Of a stretch of DNA of 64,000 bases, positions 63,623 through 64,000 are shown one piece after another. Made by a program: the position numbers and the translations under genes. Position 1 is the stretch's first letter. Each line of letters begins with the position of its first letter. The notes below the pieces were generated by a model, which did not search any database, was not told the DNA's origin, and saw only the letters and a program-made list of their open reading frames with translations. Source of the stretch: Dehalococcoidia bacterium. GTDB lineage: Bacteria; Chloroflexota; Dehalococcoidia; Lucifugimonadales; UBA3495. The stretch is taken from the NCBI GenBank assembly GCA_965232815.1, contig OZ247427.1, positions 403,684 through 467,683 of the forward strand, read 5' to 3'.

Positions 63623-64000
63623 ATGACTACCACTAATCCGGGACAAGGGGCGACAATAGCCGCCGACGCCGAGGCCCAACTGCTGGATATGCGCCCGCGG
63701 CAAACGCAGGTGCAAAAACTGGTGGCGTTTGCCAGATCCAAGCCGTTGGGAGCAATTAGCGCTATCATCGTATTGTTAACGGTACTGGCAGCGGTGGTTT
63801 CCTACGTCGTGCCGGGCGTTTTGCCCCACGATCCGCTGGATGTGCGTGCCCACGAAGATAAATACATGCCGCCGCAGCCCGGTGCATGGCTGGGCAGCGA
63901 CCACCTCGGCAGGGATGAACTCAGCCGCCTGATCGCGGGGTCGCAGATTTCGATCTATGTCGGACTGCTCAGCGTAGGGATCGGCGTAACCCTGGGCGCA
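63623..64000 (+). CDS. ABC transporter permease (DppC/OppC-type), 3' end beyond the window; not in the ORF track
   Basis: Hand translation from the ATG at 63623 stays open to 64000 (126 codons). It contains 'WLGSDHLGRDELSRLIAGSQIS', the typical N-terminal motif. Confidence 0.85.
   Translation, partial: MTTTNPGQGATIAADAEAQLLDMRPRQTQVQKLVAFARSKPLGAISAIIVLLTVLAAVVSYVVPGVLPHDPLDVRAHEDKYMPPQPGAWLGSDHLGRDELSRLIAGSQISIYVGLLSVGIGVTLGA

Overview
High-GC bacterial chromosomal window; a single sampled 60-nt core line hand-counts to 39/60 G+C. I support about 60 protein-coding genes and found no rRNA, tRNA or CRISPR array.

Core content:
- Housekeeping genes: acs, gatB, secG, pyrF, apt, rnhB, mnmA, a YraN-family gene, and 2-oxoacid dehydrogenase E1 alpha and beta.
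- Many redox enzymes: two LLM-class oxidoreductases, a Baeyer-Villiger monooxygenase, an SDR, a flavin reductase and a PNPOx-like protein.
- Five MFS transporters.
- Three family-5 (Dpp/Opp-type) ABC uptake modules.
- larE and larC.

Lipobox signal peptides followed by Pro/Thr-rich linkers, plus the oxidoreductase and transporter load, suggest a Chloroflexota (SAR202-like) heterotroph. That is inference only.

Accessory or unusual content:
1. A lower-GC two-gene ATPase + HNH island (29355..31555) that looks like a Septu (PtuA/PtuB) defence system.
2. A lower-GC orphan DUF2806-like gene next to a Uma2 endonuclease.
3. A two-gene cassette (small ORF + frameshifted retropepsin-like aspartic protease) wedged between the E1 alpha and E1 beta genes.
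4. An edge-truncated SWIM/Cys3His-repeat ORF (1..750, minus strand) that is missing from the ORF track.
5. A ThrC-like / NIL / MoaD-ThiS (GG-terminated) module, likely sulfur-carrier-dependent homocysteine synthesis.
6. Four families of short structured repeats. Some sit in frame inside ORFs, most strikingly about 700 nt in the LarC inter-domain linker.

Most long ORFs lying antisense or out of frame to these genes are high-GC shadow ORFs. All functional calls come from reading motifs by eye; no database search was run.
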